A stretch of DNA of 64,000 nucleotides from NCBI RefSeq assembly GCF_030144855.1, contig NC_082724.1:41168001-41232000 (forward strand), read 5' to 3'. The translations under genes and the position numbers were made by a program. This DNA comes from Hypanus sabinus (Eukaryota). The notes below the pieces were generated by a model, which saw only the letters and a list, made by a program, of their open reading frames with translations, made no database searches and had not been told where the DNA came from. Shown one piece after another: positions 13,850-26,185 of this stretch. Numbering within the stretch: the first letter of the stretch is position 1; each line of letters starts with the position of its first letter.

Positions 13850-14085
13850 CAAGTTAGAAATGTTTTTATTTCAAGATACAGCACAGTAATGGACCTTTCC
13901 AACCCAATGAGCTTGCAGTGCACAATTACACTGATGTACCAAATAATCTGCCAACCTGGAGCTCTTTACAATGTGGTGGAAACCCATATGATCATGTACA
14001 AACTCTGAAGAGACAGCGATAGAATTGAACCCCGGTCTCCTTTTCTGTAATAGTAACATGCTAAATGATGCTACACCATTGTGTT
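13850..14085 (-). mobile_element. V-SINE (HE1-like), decayed
   Basis: Reverse B box gaattgaaccc near 14021-14031, V-domain-like gtacaaactc...gacagc, CR1-like tail toward the left. Confidence 0.6.
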
Positions 14086-15179
14086 GACCCTTTATGCAAA
14101 ATACTTTTGCTTAAGGGGAGGCTAAAGATTTGGAGCTTCTCTGCAAATGAAGGCAATGCAGGATGAATTGTGATTGACATTTCTTGTTAAAGTACAAGGA
14201 GAACTGGTGAAGAAATAGACGCTGAGTTAGAATGCAGACACACCAGTGAATGGTGGAACAAGTGACTTATTATCCCACTTGTGTCTATGATCCCATTTAA
14301 TCTAGATTTAGCGAAGAAATTTTTCTTGCGATATTCAAGAGTCAAGATTCAAAGTACATTTATCATCAAAGCGTATATAAATTATTCAACCTTGAGATTT
14401 GTCTGCTTACAGGCAGAGAGCCCAGTTTGAGAATGTTAGCTTGCTATTTTGGTGCTGGAAGAGTTCTACACTCATGGGTTGACACCAGCATATCCCTGAT
14501 GCAAGCAATGCATTTTACTGTATGATTCAATAGTTTAATGTACATATAATAAGTAATGTTAATCTTTATTTTTAGAGTTGTGAAAGAACCCACAAATATT
14601 TCTAGCTTCACAAAAATCATAGTTATCTTTAACAGAGACTGCTGCCCCTTTACTGACTCTTACCTTGAGTATTTTATCCTCTAATAATTTTGCATCCCAA
14701 TACTGCTAACAATTATAATATGAAATACAGTCCACTATACAAATCACACGATCTATTAATTACACTCATTTTCATAACATTGCCTCATCATCCATGCTCC
14801 ACAAAATAGTTTGTGGAGTTTTCGAGAGCCAAGTGCTTTTCATTTCAGCTGTTCCTCTTTCCCACCATACCCACCCAAAGGTAACCTGGGAATCTGATTC
14901 AATATTTAGGTTTCCTTAGTAAAATAAACAAGAGTCTGGACTGATTTATTAAATTATTCAACACTGCTCTGAACAACATTTGTTTAGGCAAAACCTCAGT
15001 CAGCAATATTCAATAAGACGTTAACACACCCTTTACTATTAATTAAAGAAGATAAATATTTGGTGTAGATTGAAATGTTGCTAATTAGCCATAATCATAA
15101 CTCTTAGACAACAAGACATTTTTCCATGTAAAGACATCATTCATGATTGTAGAGCTTTATATAGGGATACTGACTGAAG

Positions 15180-15420
15180 GATTAGTATTAGCCAGACCTA
15201 AGGATGTCTCCATTGCTCTTCTTCAAAAATGAGCCTTGGTTGTAACTTACATCAACCACAAAATGTAAAATGAGACCTTAAGTTAATGCTGGACCTGAAA
15301 GAAGGTAGTTTTTCCTCAGAAACAGAGTGGCAATTTTGAGTTTCTTTTATTTTTGCTTAAGTCTCTTTGTGGGATAGGAAGCCACAATGTTGTATCCCAA
15401 AGCAAAAATGCTGCATATAT
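15180..15420 (-). mobile_element. Ancient DeuSINE-like remnant
   Basis: tgctcttcttcaaaaatgagccttggttgtaacttacatcaacc resembles the Deu domain and the copy at 31725-31970. Confidence 0.45.
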
Positions 15421-16120
15421 GAACCAGAGCAAACACTATTTCTTTTAAAGGATGATTCTATGGGTCAAATTCAGAAGCTTAGAAAAATATACTCTACATT
15501 CACACAGTTATTGTGCATGCTAGAATGCTACTTCACATAAAAAAAATCCAAATGAATTCCGTTGCTTGATTGACCAACCTTCTGAAATTCAGATACATTT
15601 ACATAATTTCCTTAAGTTTCTGATCAATAGGAATCTCGTAGGTCCACTGTTAACCTCTAACAGTGAAAAAAGCAGTTGGGAATTGCATCTTTTTTTTTAG
15701 GAAGAAACTCCAGCATCAACAAGAATGACATTATCTGAGATTTCTCTTGGTCACTTGAAGTCTTGTGCTGCAGGAAAATCAGAAATGAAGTTGTTCCTCA
15801 CATCCAGGCCCATCTTACTACTGTTAACTTGCTCAGATTTTCCTTTCATCTCAGTCTTGATCACTCACTTCTATCACTATCTATTCTATTCTCTAATGTG
15901 GACTAATTACTTGGTGCGGAATTTCCAAAATTAGCTTATTAATAATTCCTCACATGATTGATGCAGAAGACGTGGTTGATAGCCTTCTTCACACAAATCC
16001 CAACTACTTTGTGGATCTCACTGTGATTCTGTGGATGACATGAGCATTGCAAAACCACAAATAGATCTATAATGAATACCCATACTATTGTTTAAGTGAT
16101 AAATGTATTATTTGTCCAGT

Positions 16121-16335
16121 TGTGGCGACCCATTTCCTGGCACATCCGAACCGGCTCACAATTAGATAGCCTACGGGGGTTTGCGAGCACAGAGCTTTGG
16201 AGCCTCTGCGCCACGGGGGGCAGGTTGAGGGAGGCTTAAAAGTGAGGCTGAGGATTTCGAATAAAGTTTTTTCCTTCGATTGCAGTTACCGACTCTGTGT
16301 CATAATTTTAGCGCTGCATGTAGCACACCGCTACA
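16121..16335 (+). mobile_element. Solo LTR (Gypsy-like)
   Basis: tgtggcg...cgctaca inverted termini (TG...CA), AATAAA at 16260-16265, 4-bp TSD cagt / caat. Confidence 0.85.
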
Positions 16336-18112
16336 CAATTATATTTATCATCTGATGAGGAACTTTCATCCAATGAGTGTCACCAACCAAGATCACCAAT
16401 TCCACAGGATGTTTAATGAATGAACAATTACCACAGCATTGCAATCAACTGTTTGAAAAACACTTAACACAGGATTGGCAAAATATGCAAAAGATCAGGT
16501 GATTAAAAAATCTTGGAGGGAAAAATACTGTAAGGAAATATTTATAAAATTGAAATAACTAAATCAAGACGGCTTAGTTTCTTACTCCAATACAGTTAAT
16601 TATGGTTCTAATTTACTGAAGGCTATCAGTTTCCAATGCAGGCTCAGTATATCTCACCCTATATTCAACTGCAGAAGATAAATTAGATCATCCCTTTTAT
16701 CTGTGTTATAAAAAAGATACTGCAAATCAATGACACTGAATTAACAGTAAAGGGATTTAAGCCTGCACAAAGTTTATTGGTGTGAAATTAAGATTAAAAA
16801 CATAGTTCTTAGTTTTTAACATAACACCTTCCTATTTGACAGTAAATAACTGTTTTACAACATATAAGTAAAAAATAAGAATTGAAATGTGTCCTCAAAA
16901 TGTCATGATAAATTTAGCTTATATTCAGCTGTAAGGAGATCAATTGGGAAGAATTTACAATTGAGTGGTATGCAAGCTTCTTAGATATTCAAGAAATGAG
17001 GTGATTACTTTGTATTAACTTTATATTCTAATAACTTAGAACTTCATATTTTTCATTATAAGTGAATTGCATGAGACCTTTTTCCCTCTTGACAAAAAAA
17101 TCAAAAAATATGACTACCTACCACTTTGTCAGCTGAGGAATTTTTATTTGAGTGGCTCATTGAAAGACATGGATATGTAGTATTCTGCAGGTTTTGCTAA
17201 CTACTGTTCACACATTTTTTTATTATTCATTCGTGACAGCTGAGGCATGACTTTAATACTGGCACAAGCCCCATGAATCTCTTGTCTTTAAGTCAAATAT
17301 GGATAAGGACATCTGCTCTTTACAACTGGCCATCTCCTTCACCTGATCAATTAACACTCCTCTGTGTTGGACTCCACTTGGCTACAGTGAGAAAATTAGC
17401 ATTTAGGGCAAGATACCTTCAATGACCATCATTAAATCACACTCATAATGACTGAGAGCTCCATTCCTGAATGTTTCTGTTTCTCCTGTGATTAGGAAAG
17501 GTAGCAAGTTAAGTAATGTAAAAATAAAAATATTTAACCTCTCACTCAGCAATCCATATGCTGCAGTAGCATTTAACCTTTTCTACTTTGCCTTGAGTTT
17601 ATCACAGAAAACCCTATCGTTCTCTTCAGATGCTTCCTGGCTGGAGAACATATTCAGCATTCTCCAGTTCAGTCACTATGAGTATGATTTGACAATGGTC
17701 AATGAAGTTAGTTTGTCAGATGCAGCCTCAGAATGTCTCATCCACTTTCAGAATAAAAACTGTGAATGTGATACTTGTTCTGAAGAACAATGCTGTTGAC
17801 ACAAGACGTTGTTCAGCAGAAGAAGAGCAATGCCGCTGGTACAACGAGGGGTGATTGATAAATTCATGGCCTAAGGTAGAAGGAGATGAGTTACAGCTCA
17901 CGTTACATGCACATGCAGTTCAACTCTTTGAGTGAAAATGCAGAAAGTTTGAAGTTAATAACTCTTCTCCTTCTACCTGAGGACACAAACTTATCAATCA
18001 CCCCTGCTGTGGACCATTTCTGGAGGTCCAAGATGCTGATTTCTACAAAGAAGGTATCTGTATGCTCTATGACCACTGGACTAAGTGTGTAAATGTAGGA
18101 AAAATAAATGTG

Positions 18113-18330
18113 ACACGAGTGAATCTGCAGATGCTGGAAATAAATAAAAACACAAAATGCTGGCAGAACTCAGCAGGCCAGACAGCATCTATAGGAGGAG
18201 GTAGTGACAACGTTTCAGGCCAAAACCCTTCATCGCTCCTGACAAAGAGTTTCGGCCTGTAACGTTGTCACTATCTCCTCCCATAGATGCAGTCTGGCCT
18301 GCTGAGTTCTGCCAGCATTTCGTGTTTTTT
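18113..18330. mobile_element. Penelope-derived fold-back element
   Basis: Inverted arms of about 90 bp centred near 18235; about 33-nt tail on the left; perfect 14-bp TSD gaaaaataaatgtg (18099-18112 / 18331-18344). Confidence 0.92.
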
Positions 18331-18984
18331 GAAAAATAAATGTGCTAGGTTTTCTAAGATTGACTCCATCTACCTTGGGCCATTAACTTACCAATCACCC
18401 CTCGTGTTTGTTCTTTCCAGGAAATATTGTGAGTGAGTTGTTTTAAAGACGGTGTACTAAAGCAAAGTGCACTTGCACCTGAAAAACCCCATATAAAAAA
18501 GTAGAAAATTAAGGATAAAAGCAAATAGTGTGAATGTTTCAGGACTTGCCTTATCCTAAGATGTGTGCTTTATCTAGTCACTGCAATGATCCACAAGAAC
18601 AAGAAGGGACATAATGAACAAAGGATATTTACAGTTCTTAATGATAAAATCTAGTAATGCCTGAATACAGATTTATTATTTTTTTATCAGAGGTTGCTTA
18701 ACAATTAACAATGTGGAGCCTTGCAACTTAAAAGAAAACAGTACAGCTGCACTGACAATGGCTTGGAATAAGAGAAGAACTCTCAGTATTTCCTGCACAT
18801 TTACCTGCCTGATTACAGCCTCTGTAAACCGAAAGTTCAATGTCCAAATCCGAAAGTTGCAATTAGTGGTTCTTTGCTCTTTCAGAATTGGTACAATCTT
18901 TGAAGGAGCAAAAACCATACAAGTACTGATCTGGATTCATTGAATAGGATGCAACTTACTTTTTAAACTGATTAAACAAGAATA

Positions 18985-19680
18985 TAAGAGACAAAAGCAG
19001 AAGCAGATCATTTCACCTTCTTGTGCCTCCTTCACCATTGAAGATAAGGCTAACAGTTCACCTTGGCTTCAATTGCTGTATTAATGCATAAACTTGATTC
19101 TCTTAATAATGATCTATCCTGAGAAATAAATTCAATGCAAATCCTCCATAGCCTTTTCAAGGAAGTATTTCAAAGTTTCGCTGTCCTCTCAAGTTAAGTA
19201 AAAAAAAAATCATCTCATCTCATTCCTGAATTATAAGCTTCTTATTTTAAGACTGGGATCGCTTGTCCAGCACAACCTTAGTCAATGGTAAGATAATCCC
19301 TGCATCTAACCTGTCAATAAGATGACCACAGGCATACTTTGATTAGCCTTCCCTCAACGGACATCCTCTCTCTCAAAAATCAATCTGATGCACTCCCTCC
19401 ATCACAAATATATTCTTCTTCAAGTCTGAAGACTAAACTTGTAATAATGTCTCAGGACCCTATATAATTTCATAAAAATGACTTTAGTCCTTTGTTCAAT
19501 TTTTATCAATAAAACACACAATTTTCTTTCTTAGTGGCTTGCTGCACATGTATAAATCACTTCTGGCAATTAGAATACAAGGACACCCAGGTGCCTGCCA
19601 ATTTCATATGATTTACAATTACCCTACTTCCCCAGTTTTTTACTGCAGTGGATGATTTCACACATATTATTTCTCCCATT
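18985..19680 (-). mobile_element. Old CR1 3' fragment
   Basis: Decayed similarity to the CR1 3' end at 4607-5450. Confidence 0.6.
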
Positions 19681-19746
19681 GGATAATTCAAATGGAAGGT
19701 GAAGTTATTCTCACCACTCCCTTGAAAAAGGTGATCTATTTCTTAG

Positions 19747-19982
19747 ATACACAAATAAAATGCTGGAAGAACTCAACAGGTCAGGCAGCATCTATGGAAA
19801 AGAGTATAGTTAACGTTTTAAGCTGAGATCTTTCATCAGGATTCATCAGTCCTGATGAAGGGTCTTAGCCCGAAATGTCGATTATACTCTTTTCCATAGA
19901 TGCTGTTTGGCCTGTTGAGTTCCTCCAGCATTTTGTGTGCGTGGCTTGGATTTCCAGCATCTGCAGATTTTTTCTTGTTTGG
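19747..19982. mobile_element. Penelope-derived fold-back element with hammerhead motifs on both strands
   Basis: Inverted arms centred near 19845; 40-nt tail on the right; perfect 14-bp TSD gatctatttcttag (19733-19746 / 19983-19996). Confidence 0.93.
19847..19884 (+). ncRNA. Minimal type-I hammerhead ribozyme motif
   Basis: CAGUC-CUGAUGA(19852-19858)-A-GGG UCUUAG CCC-GAAA(19872-19875)-U-GUC^GAUUA; stem I AGUC/GAUU; no helix III; predicted cleavage after 19879. Confidence 0.75.
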
Positions 19983-20273
19983 GATCTATTTCTTAGGGGT
20001 GTATTTAAGTTAAAAGCATAGCTCTCTTTTTTTTGTTTAACTTTAAGTTAAGCAGCTGGTAAACTCAATTGCAGTTTGACATTTCTTGCCATTTCTGATT
20101 TTGTAATCATGAACCTTAATTCCTTTGAAATAATTATGTCAAAATACTATGGTTTTAACAAAAAAAGTATATTCTTCATTTGTTTGTATTTTAGCTTCTG
20201 TCTTAAATTCCACCTGTATATCCCAAAGTTTATTCACTTTCTTAAAACACTGAAAAACTAAATTCATTTTATT

Positions 20274-20410
20274 GACACAAGAGGTTCTTTAGGTGCTGGA
20301 AATCTCGAGCAATACACATTGTGTTTTGGAGGAGCTCAACAGATCAGGTAGATATATAGATGGGAATAAGCAGTCAACGTTTCAGGCCAAGACCCTTCAT
20401 CAGGGCTGAT
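20274..20410 (-). mobile_element. Single-arm Penelope terminus (hammerhead + arm + tail)
   Basis: Homologous to the arms of the fold-back family; possible decayed TSD aattcattttatt / cattcagtttttt. Confidence 0.8.
20371..20408 (-). ncRNA. Minimal type-I hammerhead ribozyme motif
   Basis: Minus strand reads CAGCC-CUGAUGA-AGG GUCUUGG CCU-GAAA-C-GUU^GACUG; core intact; stem I 4/5 pairs; palindromic AACGUU in place of helix III. Confidence 0.75.
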
Positions 20411-20799
20411 CATTCAGTTTTTTTTTATACCTTTCATCTGCCATGATCACCTTGTTGTTGGTCTCTCCGAAACATCGTCCAAAGACTGAAGACAGCTACT
20501 CATTTCAGGTAAAGCAAAATCTCACTGGAGAGCTTACACTTAGTCTAGAAAGGTTACTTTGAAGTTATTGATTCTTCATGCTAATTACTAAATCCACCCT
20601 TTTATAATACATATACAATTGATCCTTCTTTTATTTTCCAAGAGGATTCAATATTCATTCTGCAAAACATAAGGTAGACAATAATATCTATTGATATCTA
20701 ATGATAACTATTTTCTGTGTTCCTCCAATAATTCACCTTCACTGTGGTGGAACCATAGCAGACGAACAGAGCATAAATGACTTTGAAAGCATTTTCTGG

Positions 20800-21197
20800 T
20801 TATCCCTCCTGGCATTTATTCCTGCAAGTGTGATACACTGTTACTACACCTTCTCTCACATCACCATTTAAAACCCTAAACAGTCCTATCTGCTGAGAAA
20901 ACACTTCACCTCCAACTACAGCGGGATCAACCATTGTATCCAATGTTCCTGGTGTTGTCTCCTCTACATTGGTGAGAAAGCAAGTTGGGAGACCGATTTG
21001 TCCAGCATCATCTTTCTGTCCACCACAAAAGGCAGGATTTTCTGCGTGCCTATTCATTTCAATTTGACTTTCTGCTCCCATTTTGACATGTCTGTTCATG
21101 GCCTCCTCTACTACCATGATGAAACCAAGCTTAGTTTGGAGGAAAATCACCTCATATTCTGTGTGGGTAGCCTCCAACCTAATTGCATGAACATTAA
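20800..21197 (+). pseudogene. Penelope-like element GIY-YIG endonuclease remnant
   Basis: 20923-20976 translates GINHCIQCSWCCLLYIGE (decayed GIY...CxxC...YIG); downstream HFN...DMSVHGLL...LEENHLIFCVGSLQPNCMNI is a typical vertebrate PLE C-terminus; frameshifted. Confidence 0.85.
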
Positions 21198-21403
21198 CAA
21201 ACATGAAAATCTGCAAATGTTGAAAATCCAAGCAACACACACAAAATGCTAAAGGAACTCAACAGCCCAGGCAGCATCTATGGGAAAAAAAAAGTACAGT
21301 TGATGTTTCGGTATGAGACCCTTCAGCAGGACAGCTGCATTCTGAGTTCCCCCAGAATTTTGTGTGTTGTCAAGATTTCCAACATCTGGAGAATTTCCTG
21401 TGC
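21197..21403. mobile_element. Penelope terminus pair (full minus arm plus partial plus arm)
   Basis: Tail, arm and hammerhead remnant (minus-strand core CUGCUGA...GAAA) followed by the inverted ctgagttcccccagaattttgtgtg...tail. Confidence 0.8.
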
Positions 21404-22529
21404 TGGGTCATCTGTTACAATATTTCTTGATAGCAATAGATGATAACAACATGGTAATCTACTTTTCTTAAGGTACCAAAGAATGTACTCTCAATGTAAG
21501 TTATTGACAGCAATATCGCACTTCAATGCTAGCTCTCACTGCCAAAGAACAATGGTTCAGTGATGTGTTCTAACAGAGACAAAAATCACAAGTTATTGTT
21601 TGTACAAAAGATATTATTGGACTCCCATCAACATGGATGGTTAGTGTAGTATCTCAAATTATAGTAAGATTCACCAAATAATCCTTAAAGCCTTAGAGAC
21701 CTGAAAGTGTCAAACACATAGAAGTCTAAATTGCTTTGAATGAGGTCAGTGCTCAGGCTTTTCCATTTAATTTAATTTTCACTGAACAGACTGATGTGTT
21801 CATATGCCTGAAAAATACTGCATGTTCATGTGAATAAGCTATAAGTAGGTAACACTCAGAAGACGAGTTCAATTTGCATCTTCACAAATTCTGAACTCGG
21901 AGTTGAATTTATTGGGCCATTTGAGGTTCTGCACCAAATTATTGGACTATTTATGATTTTCCACCAGATTCTTGACCAAGAAAACTGAAAGTACCCAAAT
22001 GCTTCACTGAAACTTGTGAAGAAATATACTGAACCAAGTGTGTTTTTGCAGTTAGTTTAAAGTATTTTTTGTGACTTCTTTTCAGGTGCTCAAGTGCAAT
22101 GTAGCAAAACGGTAGATCTGGATTATTTCCTGTCAATCGCATTGGGCTTGACAATTTACTGTTTCACATAGGAATGGGATCAAACAGTTTATTCCATGTG
22201 TGAGGTCTATTATTCATTAGCATAGATGACCCATTTGTTTACTTTCTCTTCCCTTTCCACATCTTAAACCATGAAAAATATCAACTGGGTGTTGTGTATA
22301 AAAATAACTATGGAGCACCCATTTAAAATCAACAATGGACTTAAATTTCTACCTTCCTGCGCAGGTAAAAATGTTCCAACTTTACTCCTCAGAGGTCAGG
22401 CTTTAATCTCTATTCGCAAATCACAAGTTCACTTTAGAATCTGACCACCAGGAAGTCAGGTAATAGGTGATTGTGAAAGATCTAAATAGGACAACTCTTT
22501 CTCATTTGTTATTTTTAAATCTCCTTGGC

Positions 22530-23220
22530 TGCCTAAGTTGAGTTTATTCTCATGCACAGGTGCAATGAACAACATGCCTGCAGCATTGTCACGAGCACAT
22601 AGGATTGTATAGGTAGCATTCACAAGAAAATTTAATTATGTACAATATTTGTGCAAAGAATAATTACAACAAAGAAAAGCAAAGTCCACTTTAGTGCTAA
22701 TTGGTGGATGTAATAATAGGTGCTAAAGTGTAGTGATTAGGGTTTTGTCGATGGCTTCAAAATCTGAATAGTTGAAGGGAAGGAGCTGTTCTGGAACCTC
22801 GTGGTGTGACAATTTTGACTTCTGTATTTCAAGCCTGACAGTAACTAAATGGTTATGGTCCAGATGTTCCAGAATTATCGAGAATGATAAGGCTCCTCTA
22901 ATTTGATGATAGATATTGCCTTCTTGAGACAGCACCTCATGTAGATTCTGCCAATGGTGACTGAATAGACTTCATGGGCCAAATTGTCTAATTCTACTTT
23001 TACCCCTTATGGATGTATCGGGCAGAGTCCATGGCATTCTGTGGCTTCTTTATTTTCCCGCACATTCAAATTGACATAGCAGACCACGATGCAACCAATT
23101 AGGATACCTTCAATAAGACCTCCATAGAGGTTTGTTAGAGTATTTGATAACAAACTGTACCTCCTTAACCTCCTTGGAAAGCAAAGTTGCTAGTGTGCTT
23201 TTATTTAGATTGCATTGATT
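22530..23220 (-). mobile_element. Rex1/Babar-type LINE 3' fragment
   Basis: Reverse-complement similarity to 11005-11740; short CR1 3' tip inserted near 22963-23012. Confidence 0.7.
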
Positions 23221-24872
23221 TCCAGAACCCAGAAGCATGTATGAATTGACAGCAAAAACATTATAAGGTACTTAATAGTGAGTTATCAATCTGTATGAGC
23301 CATTCATGGTGGCCTTGCATTGAAATGATAGGTAAATAGGACTTAGTCTTTGTTTTGGTTAATCTCATGCTTGTGCGTTGACTAGCCGAAGTACTCAAAT
23401 CTGGAAATGATAAAATAGATGCTAAATACAATAGATCAGGCTTTCAATACTTGAGGAACTGAATGAGGAATATTTTGGATGGCATTATGGAAATGGAAAT
23501 GTTGAGGATGCTATTATTTAATCCAAACTTACTTGAGGTTAGACATGACACTAGCTGGGGTTGGCAGGTGCAGTTGGGTGTTAGGAAACAAAGTTTACTT
23601 GCCAATAATTCTTCTTGGAAATTTAATGCTCATAATGTACTGAAGGTCAAACAATTGATTTTACAACCTGGATATAGTCAAGGGAGGCAGTGATGAAATG
23701 TGCCTGGGAGTCATCAACATACCAATGGCAGCTATTACAACTTTTCTTAAGAGGAAAGAAGGTGTAGAGAAGGTCCATGATATAAGCCTGGGAATCCGAA
23801 GGTACGGGGGCTGGAGCAGAAGGGGAAAAATAATAATAGTGATTCTATGACAATGAATTGAACCAACCAAATAAAATGCAATCAGGCTCAACGACACTGA
23901 ACTGATAACATTTCCTTATGATTGCATCTGTATGCTGGGCTCAACACAAATCATTCAATATGTCAATGTGCAGGAGTTTAAAGCTGCTGACTCTCTCACC
24001 TGCCAATCTCTCAATGTTGAATGATGTATGTTTGTATCTCTTCCTCTTCCTGAAGTCAAAAATCATCTCTTTAGTTTTGCTGACACTGAGCAAGGACATC
24101 AAGCTCTTCAAACCCATTAATTAGTTAATTGTAAATATAAATGAATGCAGGCACAAAGTTATTCTGTCAATTTATTTACAGTTTCATCAGATAGCTCAGG
24201 CATTTTTCTCCCCCCGTTCAACAAATTGTCTTTAATCTTCTGTGATTCAAATTTAGGTAATCGTCTTTTGTGGGAAAGTAAGCCACTAACACTAACAGAG
24301 AATTGAACCAACTGGAATTCATATTAATGTATATATCATTTTTATTAACTCATTTAAATGTCAATTTAAAAATATCAGTGGGTTCATCAGCCATGGCCTA
24401 GTAGTTACCAACTAACTTGGAAAACTTGAGTATTGAGTTATCCTGTCTTTAATTATAACTCTAGTAGTCCTCTTATAATAACTTTCATAATTGTCTTATT
24501 CTTTATTTTTGCGATCACAAACGTTAAATTTTATTCTTTCAGTGGTAGCAATGTGTACCATGTACAAAATACATTGTGTTTGTTCATATAAACTCCTTCA
24601 TCAGCATTTGTCCTTTACCAGTAACAAGGACAAAGTTCTCAGATACAATGGAACATCACCATCTGTAACTCCCTCCAAGTCACACACTGCCCTGACTTGG
24701 AAATATATAATTGTTCTCTTATCAATCATACAACTCAATCCTGAAATTTCTTTCCCTCAAGCATCTTCATCAGAAGGACTGTATTGATTGAAGACAGCTC
24801 ACCAAAACCTTCTCAAGGGTAGTATTTTTTTTCTTTAAAAAAAGTGAGTAAATTGTGGTTGTGCAATGCCAG

Positions 24873-25419
24873 TGTAATGACCTGGGAAATGTTTCCCTGC
24901 TAATGTAATGACATCTCTGTAGCGCAGTGTTTTGGTTATGACTAGAAATTAAGGGGACTTTTGAATATGTGCTGGCCAATGAGGGGAGATGTTTTCTTTC
25001 TTGTGTGCCCAAGCAAAAGTTTTGCAGTCTTTTGTTTGACAGAAGATGGAGAGGGAAGATGCCAGAATGGGGAAGTCATAGACTGCGAGACAGAATGGAT
25101 TTGGAATGGGCTCGGGAGTCAACGCCTGGGGTGAAAATCAATGGAGAAAGAACAGATGGAAAAACTATGAGCTCTGACGTTGATTCATGAGAATGGGCCC
25201 TTTTTCTTTTTTGTTTCTTTACTAACCCTATAGTCAAATTAAGAATTATAAAGCTGAATCATTTAAGTGCATATTGTGTACTATTTGCTATTTTGTGGTA
25301 TTGATTTGTAACAGGGGAGCACATCACACAGCATCCAAACAAACAAGATTTCTCAAGTTTGGCCAGGCCAGAGACTGTCTTCCCCTAGATTAAGCTGTTA
25401 GCCGAACCTGGGGGTTATA
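24873..25419. mobile_element. Solo LTR (second family)
   Basis: tgtaatgacctggg...cctgggggttata termini (TGTAA.../...TTA[C>T]A); 4-bp TSD ccag / ccaa. Confidence 0.72.
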
Positions 25420-25539
25420 CCAACCATTCACATATACTGAAAAATGAATAAATAAATGTAGGGTTATTAAAAGTATAATATTTATACTTCTTTGCTTATT
25501 TTCTCCCTTAGACTAATCCTACCTTCCTTCCTTCTCTTG

Positions 25540-26185
25540 TTAGTATCAGCATTAGATGTATTATCACGGATGTATTTTGTGAATCTTCTTGTTTTGCAAT
25601 AGCAGTAAAATGCAATGCCAAAAAAACTATAAGAATATATATAGATAAACAGAACAAAATGGGAAAATTCTTAGTGTGCATTTCAGGCTCCTGGACCTTC
25701 TCTCTGTTGCTAGTAATAAGGATAGGGCAGGTCCTGCTTGGTGAAGTTCCTTCATGCTGGAGTCACCTTTTTGAGGCTTCACCTTCTGAGGATGTCCTCA
25801 ATGGTGGGGAGGCTAGCGCCAGCGATGGCTTTGGGTGAGTTTATAATGCTTTGCAGCTTTTTATGATACTATAAATTGGTGACTTCATACCAGATGCGGA
25901 TGCAGCCGGTCAGAATTTTCTCCACCGTATATCTGCAGAAATTTACTGGAGCCTTTCATGTCATATGAAATCTCCTCAAACTCCCAACAAAACATAGCTA
26001 GTAAAATGGCTTCTTTGACATTGCATCTATATATTGGGCCCAGGTTAGATCTTGAAAGATGCTGACATTGAGGAACTTGAAGCAGCTTACCCTTTCCACT
26101 GCTGAACCATTGATATAAACTGCAGTGTGTTCTCCTGATTTCCACTTTCTGAAGTTCACAGTCAATTCCTTGGCCCTAGTGATTT
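25540..26185 (-). mobile_element. Rex1/Babar-type LINE 3' fragment
   Basis: ORF 25998-26204 KELTVNFRK...VYINGSAVERVSCFKFLNVSIFQDLTW. Confidence 0.85.

Noticed and set aside
14797-14818. 9-bp stem ctccacaaa/tttgtggag followed by Ts
   Set aside because: Terminator-like look is meaningless in vertebrate DNA, and such stems are expected by chance
18225-18270. Active hammerheads in copies 8205, 12351, 18113 and 58839
   Set aside because: Cores are mutated or deleted (for example CUGACAA with GUAA, CAGACGA, AAAA for GAAA, or a missing CUGAUGA)
18113-19982. Fold-back elements as DNA-transposon MITEs or miRNA genes
   Set aside because: Asymmetric ends, 14-bp TSDs, hammerhead cores and linkage to a GIY-YIG remnant fit Penelope; there is no expression evidence for a miRNA
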